Source: Prorocentrum cordatum (taxonomy: Eukaryota). From it: a DNA stretch of 64,000 nt. The notes below the pieces were generated by a model, which saw only the letters and a program-made list of their open reading frames with translations, made no database searches and was not told the DNA's origin. Both the position numbers and the translations under genes were made by a program. This document shows positions 23,701 through 36,300 of the stretch, in pieces. Each line of letters opens with the position of its first letter. Position 1 is the stretch's first letter. Where the stretch lies: positions 496,001 through 560,000 of the forward strand of contig CAUYUJ010000259.1 in NCBI GenBank assembly GCA_963575745.1. The letters are read 5' to 3'.

Positions 23701-26700
23701 AGGTTTTGGGCTCATTTTGTCCTTCTCAGGGGGCAGCGCTCATTTGCGCTTCTGAGGAGGTCGCAAGAGGCCCCAAGATGGCCCCAAGAGGCCCCCAGGA
23801 GCCTCCCAAGAGGCCTCCAAGAGGCCCCCAAGAGGCCCCCAAGAGGCCCCAAGAGGAGGCCCCCAAGAGGCCCCCAAGAGGCCCCCAAGAGGCCCCCAAG
23901 AGGCCCCCAAGAGGCCCCCAAGAGGCCCCCAAGAGGCCCCCAAGAGGCCCCAAGAGGCTCCAAGAGGCCCCCAAGAGGCCCCACGAGGAGCCCGAACGAC
24001 TCACACCAGGACGAGGGGCCCGAACGACTCACACCACGAAGAGCCCGAACGACTCACACCACAAGGAGGGGCCCGAACGACTCACACCAGGACGAGGCGC
24101 CCGAACGACTCACACCACGAGGAGCCCGAACGACTCACACCACGACGCGGGCCCCGAACGACTCACACCACGAGGAGCCCGAACGAGTCACACCAGGAGG
24201 AGGGGCCCGAACGACTCACACCAGGACGAGGGGCCCGAACAACTCACACCACGAGAAGCCCGAACGACTCACACCAGGACGAAGAGCCCGAACGACTCAC
24301 ACCACGAAGAGCCCGAACGACTCACACCAGGAAGAAGGGCCCGAACGACTCACACCAGGACGAGAAACCCCAAACGACTCAAATCACGAGGAGCGCTTTC
24401 TCTCCCTCCTCCTCCGCCTCGTCCTTCTCCCGCTCCCCCCACAAGGAGGATGTACAAGGAGGCGGGAGGAAGGAGGAACAGGGGAGATATGCGGGGCCAA
24501 GCGGACACACGCCTGAAAAACACGACTGTCGGCATGTTTCGCAAGAGTTGCTGCTGTGAGATGGGCTGGTGGGGATACGCGAAGCGTAAAGAATTCGAGT
24601 AGGGGATCGACTGCAGAATTAGTTTACCCCCAAATTGACTTGCTCATCGACTCGACGAAACATACGTCGAATATTCAGTGCATTTCGCGTCGATTCAACG
24701 AGCGAATGGTTTCTGGGGTAAATCAATTCTGTAGTCGATCGCCTAACCGAAGAATGGAATCGAGCGGTCTTTTGTTTGGGTTGGGTTGGGTTGGTAGCCA
24801 GGTGTTCGAACCGTGCTGGAGACCTCGCGCTGCCGGGCTCCAGGATTTGAAGCACTAGCTCCGGGGAAGGGGCCGTTGTGGCGAAAGCAACGTCGGAGAC
24901 TGGGGAGTTGGAGTGGTGGGGAAGGGAAGGGGAGGGGGGGGACAAGAAGGGGAACGGGAGGAAGGGGAAGGCAGAGGGGAAGGGAAGGTCAAGCAGTGCG
25001 GAGCGCCCTGGTTGAGGAGTGTTCTAGGAACTTGTTTAGTGGTTTGTGCAACACGGCCTTTGAACAGTTCTTGCTGAGGCAGTGTTGCTTGACGACGTCG
25101 CGAGTTGTTCAGGGAGCAGTCTCTTTAGAGCGGTAGGCTCATAGGAATGCCAGGGTGGTCGGCCCCTGCTCAACAGGGAGGGTCTTGTCGACGTATCACA
25201 ATGCATCGACAATCATTGTCGGAGGTCCGCGCGGAGATCTCTTGCATCTGCTGTGGGCCCCGCACGGCGCCCCCGACGCTGCTCCTGGCGCGCAGCGAGG
25301 GTGGTCCAGCGCCGATCCGAGATCTCCAGTAGTAGTTTCGGCAGCCTGTGTTCCTGCGGTCTTCTCTCTTCCTCGAGCGGAGGAGGGGGACATCGGAGAC
25401 CTCAAGGTTGACATCAGCACCAGCATCGGCGGTTGCCTCCCCCTGGGGGCGGTCTCGGCGATGGTGGTAATAGCACGGTCTTTCAGTCGGCCGAGCAATT
25501 GCCAACAGCGCCAGAAAATCCAGGATCATATTTCCCAGTTGGGGCATCCTTTTCTGTTGGTGGGTGGGCGTGTGTGTGTGTGACATGAGCAATCGCCGCT
25601 GTTCATGATAACGTCACTTCCCTTCCCGCCTCCTTCCTGCAGGAAGTGCCGGGAACGGGGGCGCATCTGGCGGCCCTGCAGTGCCGCCGTTGCCACGCGC
25701 TCCTGGGTGGGGCATGCGCGCCGTTGTCCTTCTCAGCGCGGGGCTGCGAAGATAGCTGGACGCCGAGCGCTTTCATGTTAGCCAGCGTGGACCCCAAACA
25801 GTGTGTTTCGAGCCAGCTATGTAGTGTTTTCTACCTACGCGCAAGTATATCTGTGGTGCAATCTACATGGTTCAATATATGTGTGTAAGCTCCAATGCTC
25901 GCGGAATCACCCCACCCACCCACACTCGAGTTGGATTGCAATACCCATGCGGCCAAGATTGCGATGAGTGCTTGGCGTTGACTGGTGCATGTCTGCGGCC
26001 GCGATCCCCCGCGCACGTTCGAGCGCAAAGCGGCCAACTAATTAGTCTGGCGCGACCGACGCGGCCGCGGTGGCGTTGACCGCTGGGCACTTCCCAGCAG
26101 GCATGTCAGTGCGAGTCGCTGACTTGGGCAGGCGCCGTACCATGGCGACGTCGACGACGGTGGGTACGGCGATGATCGTCGCAATGCTGGTGACGATGAT
26201 GTCGCTGACGACGGTAAGGCCAATGACCGTGCCGATTCTGACCACGCCGATGACGATGATGGTGTCTTAGCGTCGGCAGTGAAGGTCTTGGAGGGAAATC
26301 GACGTGCGACGTGCGCGCGCGCCCGACGCGCGCGACTGGATGGCGTGGTATTATTTGACGCGGGTCGCCCTGCCCCCCCCCATCATGCGCGCGATTCCAA
26401 CATGCGGAGCGAAAGGACCGTTTGGCCGAATTCCATGGAAACGCTTGAAAACAAATGTGGGTTTTCCTCCATCGAATTTACAAGACCACGCGCGCATATT
26501 TGATTTTCGAAACTGGGATGCTGCAGCTTCATATGTGCCAGGATCAGTCAATATTGGAGTGCATACGAAACCGGAGTTTGTTCCAAAGGCTCCGGCATGC
26601 GCGCGACGACGCGCGCGCGCAGTTCGCCCCATGTGTTGCAAGAGCTTCTATGAGACAGCACGTGCGCAAGGTCGTTCGCATAACTTCGACACGCGCGCGC

Positions 26701-29700
26701 GGGAAACAGTTTTGGTACTATTTGATGAATATGTTGGCCGGTGGTTATCGTAAACTGTTGTAGGCACGACGCTTTTGTTGGTGAGAACGCGCGGTGCGAA
26801 ACCATCCTGTTTTATACGCGCTCGGGGCATTCGATTTTGACATCTGGGCGAGGCTCAGGGATCTTGAGCGATTTCGGCAACGCGCGCGCGACGATGCGTG
26901 CGTGTGCACTTCGCTGAGTTCTGATAAACCATTGCGCGCGCATCCGTATGTTTTGGCAGAGGAGGAAAGGGGAGGGACGATAAGGGATGTCCTGGGCTGG
27001 TATGATGTCATATTTCAGTTTGACGATGCGGCAGAATCGTGCGTACATTGCTGTGCGAGGAGGTGGATGATTACGTTTGAGTGATGGGGGGTCGGGGGGC
27101 GGGGGGAGATCCGAATGTTTTTGTACCATGGGGAATCGACGTGGTTATTTCGATGTTGGGCGATATATGTTGTGCCACATGTGTTTTGCGATCTGCGTCC
27201 TGCAAGATGCGCGTTGCAATCTATGCGATAGAATTTGCGTTGTGCCATACTGTGCGATGGGAATCGACATAAACACACACATACATATATATGTATATAT
27301 AGATAGATAGGTGTGCGCGTGCGTATGCAATGTGCGTTTGTGCAACCTACGCGGTGCATTTCATGTTGATTGTCTTGACGTTGTCTCTCCACTGCTCGCG
27401 CAAACATCCCACCCTCCCACCCGCAACTTGGTCGCAAGACCTCTTAAGGCCGTGACGGCAGGTACCAAATGGCACTTGGCAGCGATACCGACGACAACGA
27501 CGACAGCGACGACGACGACGACGCCACCGACACCGACTACGACGACACCGGCGGCGCTTCCAACGACTTTCGACGACGACGACACCGACGACGACGACAC
27601 CACCGACGACGACGACGACGCCGACGCCGACGACGACGATGACAACGCCGACGGCGACGAAGGCGACGACGACGCCGATGACGACGACGACGACCAGTCG
27701 ACGACGACGACGAAGACGACGACGACGTCGCCAACGAAGACAAAGACGAGGGAGGACGGAGGACAACGACGGTGGCAACGACAACGACGAGGGAGGAGGG
27801 AGGACGGCGACGACGCGAACGACGAAAAAGGGGGGAGGACGGCGACGCCGACGACGACAACGACGAGGGAGGAGGGAAGACGACGACGACGGCGACGAAA
27901 TAGGACTGACGACGACAAGACGCCGACGACGGACGACGACGACGACGACGACGACGACGAGGGAGGAGAAAGGACGACCACGGCGAGAACGACGACGGCA
28001 ACGACGACGACGCCAAACAGGACGACGACGACGACGAGGAAGCACAGGACGACGACGGCGACGACGACGACGATGAGGGCGGAGGGAGGACGGCCACGAC
28101 GACGACGACGCAAGGACGACCCGTGTTGCGAACTTGTGTGTTGTTGTATGTTTTTTGGGCACTTGATTTTTGAACCCTTCCGGAAACGAATTTTCTTGAT
28201 GGGTTCCTGCATACGCGCGCGACGACGCGCACGCGCGTGCACTTCGTCATGTTTTTTGCAGAGGGTTCTCGCGATGGCACGCGCGCAAGGGCGTTCGAAA
28301 GATGCCGACATGCGCCCGCGAAACCCGTTTGGTAGTATTTGTTTTGGAACATTCTGAATGGCCAGTGGTTTTCTTAAGGTTTCGCAAGAGCGCGCGCGCA
28401 ATCTGGTTTTGCAAATCAGCGTTGCGAAAACATGTGTTTTTGCATCTGTTTTTGGGGGGCACGATTTTGACATCTCTCTGGGAGCGACGAACGTTTTCGA
28501 AGGTTTTTGGCATGCGCGCGCGGCGACGCGCGCGTGCGCATTTTGCCACATGTGTTGCAACAGGTTTTCGGAAACTCATGACTGATGATAAACGAACGCG
28601 CCAGCATAATTGTTTTTTGCAGAGGATGGCGGGGGGGGGTCGATACCGGCTCGGCCGGGCAAGTGGATGCGTTTTGCCTCTCTTCCGGGGGGGTCTGTAA
28701 TCCCGGGGGGGGGGGGCGTGGGAGAGCCCCTTTTTCAAGCAGAAGAAAAATCTGCCTGGTGCAATCCGCGCGGCGCAATCTACGCGGCGCAATCTACGCG
28801 GAGCCAGTGGCCCTGCCGAAATTGAAGTTGCCCGCCCCCCTGCTCGCGCTATCGCCCGCCCCGCCCGCTCCAAGACTTGGGTTGCAAAACCCTTGCGGCG
28901 GCGATTGCGATGACAGCATGTCGTTGGCTGGCGCGTCGCCGCTGCCGCGCGAGCGCGCGCGGGCTTGCGCGCGGAGCGGCCGGTTCGGCCCGTTCGGATG
29001 CATTTGTGATTGAGGAAAATGTGTCTCCAGAAGGCGTAGCATGACGCTCCCGGACAGGACGCTGCAAAACCATATGTGGTCGCCACGTGTCCGGTGCGCA
29101 CGATTTGGCGAAGCCTTCGCGGAGCCCGTGCGCGCCCGCGCCGCGACGCGCGCGCGTGGGCTCCGTTGCACCGGTTGCAGAAGCGTTGGCAGCTGCTGAT
29201 TTTGGATAAACGGACGCGTGCATCGCATGGTTTTGGTCGGGGATCTGAGCTCATCTGTAAAATGAGCGATGGGGAAGAATCGCGCGCGCGTTGCATGCCC
29301 CCCAGCGGGCGCGGATGACCTCGAGCGGGGCGATCCAGATTCCATGCCAGAACGTAGAATCCACGCGAATGCCATCCACGTGGCGCAATTCGCTTTGCCG
29401 AACTCGCAGCTGCCAACTCCTGCTCGCGCGCGCATCCCACCCGCGCGCCCGCGATTTGGCTTGCAGAGCCCAGGCGGCAGCGTTTGCTCGGCGCCGGCAG
29501 GCGCGTAGCCGCGGCCGCGCGAGCGCGAGTAGGCTCGCGCGCAGAGCGGCTGGCTAGTCCTGCGCGACCGAGGCGGCCGCGGTTGCGCGGACCGCCGGGG
29601 TCGCGCAAGGTGCCTCGCAGGCCGCGGTGGCGCGAGGGCACTTCGCTGCGAGGACGGGCGCGGCAACGTGGCGACGTCGACGCTGGCAGACGCGATGATG

Positions 29701-29862
29701 GGTGCACCGGCGCTGGTGGCGAGGACATCGATGGCGACGGCGAGGCTAGCGACGGCGCAGATTTGGAACGCGCACGGCGATCAGAGCGCTCGGCGGATTT
29801 CGACGCGCGCGCGGACTACGCGCGCGAGTGGCCCGCGCGGCATTCTTCGATAAGGGTCCGCG

Positions 29863-29893
<31 letters not shown>

Positions 29894-32800
29894 CGCGATC
29901 GCAGAGGCGCCCGAATGATGTTGACGCGCGCGGGCGAGAGGCCCGCTCGGTTGCCCTCTATGAAAACTTTGGAACCGTAAGGTGTTCTTGAGAGTTCGAG
30001 AGCGCGCGCTTTCTGTTTTGACCGGTCACGGTGCGAAGCGATATGCTGTTGTCATGTTTCCACTCGCGCAGTTTTGAATTCGTCTCGGGACTTAGAGGCG
30101 TCGAGTCAGCTCGGCACGCGCGCGCGCGGCGGCGCGCGCGTGCATTTTGTTTTGTTTGCGGGCAAGGGTCGATTGCGAACCGATGGCTTTCGGTGAACGT
30201 GCGCGCGAAGTTTCGCGTGGCGAGCGCGGTTGGCGGGGGGCTCGAACCTTGCTCGGCGGGGGCGCTTGGCTTCCATAGTTGGAATGCGCGACGGGGCAGA
30301 CTCGGATGCGAGCTGCTCATGCCCAGGTTGTCCGATGGGTCTCCGGGGGGGGGTCCGAATATTCTTTTCGGGCGGGGAATTGCGCGAGGCGGGGAATGGC
30401 GCGATGCGGCGGCGGGGCGGCGACGGCGACGACGCAGCCGCCAAACCGCCATCCGGGCCTCGGCGACGGGCGGCGACAAGGCGGCGACGTCGACAGCATA
30501 GCCGCCGGACCGCCGCCCGGGCCCAGGGCGGGCGGCGTCGGGGCGGCGACGGCGACAATGTAGTCGCCGCGCCGCCAGCCAGGCTCAGTTTCTCAGCACT
30601 CAACCATGGGCCCCGTAGTGCAAGCGCTGTCCTGGGAATGTCACGCAATGTGCGCGGTGCAACATGCGCGGCCCAATTCGCCATGCCGGGCTTGCACTTG
30701 TCAACTTCGCTGCTCGCGCAATCATCTCACCCGCCCACCCTCAACTTGATATGCATTGCCAATGCGGCGGCAATTTAAGTGGCTGCTTGGCGCTTGCCGG
30801 CGCGTCGCCGCGGCCGCGCCGGCACGCGCAGGCTCGCGCGCAGATCGGTCAGCGAGGCTGGCGCGACCGACGCGGTCGCGGCGGTGCTGGCCGCCAGGGA
30901 CTTCCCAGCGCGCCTCGCAGGCCGCGCCGACGCTTGGGCACTTCGATGCGAGTCGGTAATTCCGGCGGGTGCGGTGCCATGCGCCGCGTCGGCATAGGCT
31001 GACGCGATGATGGCTGTTGCGACGCAGGTAGTGAGTATGACGATGGCGGCGGCAAGACCGCCGATGGCGCCGATGCTGCGTGCGCCGGCGGCGACTACGG
31101 TGTCCGCGCGTCCTGGGTAATGGCTCGATTTCGGCGCGCGCGCGGCCGAGGCGCGCGCGCGCGGCCCGCGCGGCTTTGCGGCGTCTTCCTGGGGGTGGGG
31201 CGTGGGGGCGGGGGGTGATTTTGCGCAAGCATTAATGTTGTGTTTTGGATCACTCGATCTAGCATACTTCTACGCATCGCGTGACTGCACATTGGATCCG
31301 GCATGCGCGCGCGTGGAATTGGTCGAGTACGCTGCGAGGGACTTGATATTCGATGACTTGCGTAGCAGATCATCATTATGGTCTCATGGACTTCGGCCCA
31401 TCCCGCCACCAGGCTTGGGTTGTGGGTCATAGTCTAGGATGTTAGCCGCGATGTCGCGGGGGGCCTCCTGGGGCCGCGTGGGGGCCTCTTGGGGGCACGC
31501 ATGGAGCTTGGTGAATCCCTTTTAGGTTCCTTTGGGAATATTTTGGGAGCCTCTCGGGGGCCTGGTTTCGCCCTGGGGGCATGCTGGTGGTGTCTTTCGG
31601 CCGGGGGCTTGGATTTCCCGTTCGCGTTCCCCTTCTTGGGCCCCGCTTGGGATTGCCATTGGGCGCTATGGGCCACCCTTGCTCCTCCGGGGTCGTGTTG
31701 GGGCCCTCTCGGGCCGTCTGGGGCCCCTCCTGGGGGCACCTTTGACCGCCCCGGCCCGTTTCCGGGCGCTGCTCGGGCCGTCTGCGCAGCGTGGGAAGCT
31801 CGAAACGTCGAGGGCGCCCCAAACATGGAAACGTCAAACAACATGCTTCTGGCCTCTCGGAGACTCCTTGGGGAGTGCTCTCGGAGACCTCGTCGGGCGT
31901 CTGGGAGGCGCCCTGGGATGCAGGGAGGGCGTCGCAGCCATTCTGGAAACCTTCTGAAGCTGTTTCGGACCACTCTTGGACCCTCTTGGGTGGTTCTGAC
32001 GATTGCGGCGGTTTGTTTCGAAGCGCATTCGAAGGGGTCGCCGCCCTGGAGGCCCGCGCGGCGCGCGCGCGGACCGCTTGGGAAACCGGGCTTCCGGGCC
32101 GTGTGAGAACCTTGAAATCCTCCACGAGCCTTGGGGCGCCCCATTTCGCGCCCGAGTCACGGCGGCGGATTTGTCAGGGGCGAAGGGGGATGTCGACGCC
32201 AGTTCGGCTGGGATGATGTGAGTTCGCATGGAACATGAGCGAAATTAGATCTGAATCATATATACATTGCACATGCCCAGGGGGCGCAGATTACCCGGGG
32301 GGAGCTCCCCCCTCTGGAGGATCTACGCGGTGCAATCTACATGGTAAAGCTGCTGTTTTCAACGAGCTGACGAATTCCACGCCTTTGGGTTCATCCCGCC
32401 CGCCCACCCGCATTTTGGTTTGACAAACCCACGCGGCGGCGATTGCGATGAGAGCTTGGCGCTGGCCGGTGCATCTGCGGCCGCGCTGACCCAAGCGCGC
32501 GCGTCGGCCAGCTAGTTCGGCGCGACCGACGTGGCCGCGGTGGCGCCGACCGGCGGGCGCGCCCCAGCTAGCGTTTCAGTGCGAGTCGGCGACTCGGGCG
32601 GGCGCGGTATCATGGCAACGCCGACGCGGTAGACGCGACGATGATAATCACAGTGCTGGCGATGATGTTGACAGCGACGACGGCACGGCCAGCGACGGTG
32701 CCGATGCTAATCGCGCCGACGACGATGACGGCGTCCCCGCGTCGGTAATCGAAGTTTTCGATGGCGTGCGATGCGGGCGCGCGCAGCCGACGCGCGAGAG

Positions 32801-33336
32801 TGGCCGCGCGATGTTACTTGACGTGGATCGTGCCCCAAGCGCGCGCAAGGGCGCGCGAATGAATTGATTTCGGCACGCGGCGAGAGAGGCCCGTTTGGCC
32901 GAATTTTTGAACGCGCGGAGCAGCCCGTGGTTTTAAAGGATTCGCCAGGGCGCGAGCGCAAGCACTGTATCAATTGATGTTGCGAAACATTGTGTTCATG
33001 CATGGTTTCGGGACACTCGGTTTTGAAATCCTTTGGACACCGTCGGTGCGCGATTGATCTCGGCATGCGCGCGTGGCGACGTGCGCGCGCACGTTGTTTT
33101 GTTTGTTTGCGACGGCGCGCGCGAGGGCGATCGAAGGATTTCGACATGCGCGCGCGCGAAGCCCGCTCAGTGGCATGTTCTGAAATTTGTTGCATGAGAA
33201 AATGGTTTGCCGAAGAATTAGTACGGGCGGGGGCGCAAACTTCTGCGGGGACTCATTGTTGGAAAGCCGCGTGTTTTGTGTTGTCTTGTTTGTTTGTTTT
33301 CTTTGCCGTTTTGTTGTTTCTTTTTTTTTTTCTCTT

Positions 33337-33392
<56 letters not shown>

Positions 33393-36300
33393 TCTTTCTC
33401 TTTTGATTTTTGTTTTAAACGTTGGCGCGTGGACACTCGATGTTGCAGCTCATGCGGGGCCGATTGTATGTGCAAAAAGTTCGGCACGCGCGCGCTGCGT
33501 CGCGCGCGTGCGTTTTTCTGTTCCTTTTGTTTTGACAGGGCTCTTGGAAACTGATGAAGCTTCATAAACGGGTGCGCGCGCATAGTGTTCGTTGCAGAGG
33601 ATGGCGTTGGGGGTTGCTGCCGTGTGTTGGACTGGGCTGGCACGAGCTCATATTTTGGATAGGCGATGTTGTCGGATCGTTTGTAAATTGCAATGCGAGC
33701 AAGAGGACCGATAATCCCGGGGGGGGTGTGGAATCTAGCTCGACTTGAAGTTGTCAGCTCGATTGCTCTTGCGAACGTCCCACCCGCCCACCCGCAATTT
33801 GGTTTGCTAAACCCATGCGGCGGCGATTGGTGGGTGCTTGGCGTTGGATGATGCATCTCGGCGGCCGCGCCAGCCCGCTTATGCTCGCGCGCGCAGCGGC
33901 CAGCTAGTTTGGCGCGATCGACGCGGCCGCGGTGGCGCTGACCGGCGGGCGCATCCCAGCGGGCGCTTCAGTGCGAATCGGCGACTTGGGCGGGCGAGGT
34001 ACCATGGCGACGCCGACAGCGGTAGACGCGACTACGAGAGTAACGCTGGTGGCGATGACGACGGCAAGGCCAACGACGGCGCCGAGATTGATCACACCAG
34101 CCGATAACGATAGTGATGTCTTCACGTCGGCGATGGAGTTTTGTGGCAGAGTTCGACATGCGAACGCGGCCGACGAGCGCGAGTGGCCTGCGTTGTTCGA
34201 TTTGCAACGGACCGCGCCCCCCGCCCCATCACGCGCGCAATGACATTATAATGAGTTCTTTCTCGGCGCGCACAGCGTTTTTGAGCGCAGCAAAAATCTG
34301 CATGACCGCGAGTACAGGCATGCTTGAAAGCTGAATCAGTCCCATTTGCTCGTATATGTGTTCGGGGCTGTTGCTTTTGAAATCCCTGCGGGGTTTCAGT
34401 TTTCGTTTGAAAGGTGTTGGCATGTGAGCGCGACGACGCGCGCGCGCTCACGTCGCCCGAATTATTGCGCACCGGATGTTTGCGACAGCGCGCGTGCAAT
34501 GGTGCTCGAGCGATTTCGACAGCGCGAAATGCCGCCTGGGTAGCACGTTGTGGGGATGTGGGAAAGTCTACGGTTTTCTTGCGAATTCGTCAGAGCGCGG
34601 GCGCAGGTTTGGTTTGAACACCCTTATTACGAAACAGTGTGTTTTATATGGTTTCGGGACGTTCGGTTTTGACATCGCGTGCGCGACGACGCGCGCGTGC
34701 GCACTTCGCCCCATGTGTCCCGACCGATTTTTGAAATATGGTGGCTTTTGATAACGGAATGCCCGCGCAACGCATTTTTGGCTGAAGATGCGCGGGGGCG
34801 ATATTTGTTTTCGTGGGATGGTTCGAGTTCAAGATTCGGATGCACGGTGGGGCTGAATCGCCCGTGGATTGCAATACGACGCGGGGTAACATTAATTATG
34901 GGGGGTGAGTGGGGGGGTCGCATTGTAGTACTTTCTAGATCGGGGAATCTCACGGAGGCGACGGGGCGGCGACGGCGACAACATGACAATTAGACCGACA
35001 AACAGGCCTTGACGCCGGGCGCCGACCGGGCGGCGACAGCGACAACATAGCCGCCAGACCAACAGACAGGCGCACACGACGGGCGGCGACGAGGCGGCGA
35101 CGGGGCGGCGACGGCGACAACATAGCCGCCAGACCGACATGCGAACACGGTTGGGGGAATCGCCACGGACTTTCGGAACTCCGCGCGGATTTGTTTGATC
35201 GGTGTTTGGCCCTCCTTGCGGCGCCTCCTGGAGACGCGCTCGGGAGGGGGGGCCAGCGCAGATCCAAGAAATCCGCGTGGAACCCCGACAGTTCAGGTTT
35301 ACGGTGTGCGTTTCCCCTCGTCGTAAGTCGTTGGGCATTTTTGGCCATCGTTTGACAATTATTCATTTCTCGTCTTAAATCCGGATGTAGGGGGACACGC
35401 CCGACTTGACTCTCGTCCTGCCGGCCCCCCCCAAGACTGGACGACGCGTGGCCTTCCGATGTCGTATGTGATGTGTGCCGCTTCCCGTCGTGCTTTGTCT
35501 GCGTGCATAGTTGCCGCGGCTGGTGCGGCATCCTCCTTCCAGGGCCGGTTGGATGGCAGTCTTCGGGTTCGGCGTCACCCCCACATATTTATACTAGATG
35601 TGCGTCGCCCCCCCAGGGGCGACGCGCGCAGCGAGAAATCTCATAGTATGTATTCGTCGTGGTGGGCGCTTTCTGGTCGTGCGTAGTATACTGGATGTGC
35701 GGGTCGGGCGCGCGCCTCCAAGGAGGACATATGGTACTAGTATGTCCTTGTGCCTCTCATCAGGTGGCTGCGCAAGGACGCGAAGATAACAGTGTTTTGC
35801 GCTGCGCGAAGTCTGAACATCAGCATCCTGCGGGCGGGCTCAGCAAGAGCAGACGGCGCGCGAGCGTAAACACAGCCGCTCCCAGCAGAAAGGGGGGCAG
35901 CGGCTACAGATTTATGGGGGCGCTCGAGATCGCGAACCCGAAGACGTTTGGCTTCACGCCCCTGCTCCAGAGCCACATCGTCGAGTCCCAGCATTACAAA
36001 CAGGCCTGCCCCCCCCCTTCCCATTCCATCCTCACCACTACTCCTTTTCCCCTGCTCCTTCCCCTCTTCCTCCCCCCCTTCTCATCCTCCATGTTTCCCC
36101 CATCGACCCTCCCTTTTCCCTCCGCCACGCCCCCCCCCCGCCCCCGATCCCGAGGCTCCCGTTCTGCGCCCCCCGATCCCGTCTCCTCGCCCCTCCGCGC
36201 TCCTCGGCCCTCGGGCCCTCGCGCCGCCTCCCCTCCCCCCCCCCCCTGCTCCTGGCCCTCGGGTCCTCGCCCCTGCCCGCCCGCCCTCGCGCCTCCCCCG

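Noticed and set aside
23990..24385. CRISPR-like array (constant cccgaacgactcacacca plus variable segment)
   Set aside because: The variable parts are only 5-12 nt and recur, there are no cas genes, and the context is eukaryotic; it is a minisatellite.
22049..24602. 241-298 aa ORFs in the inverted element pair
   Set aside because: Open in multiple frames because of stop-free tandem repeats; no protein motifs.
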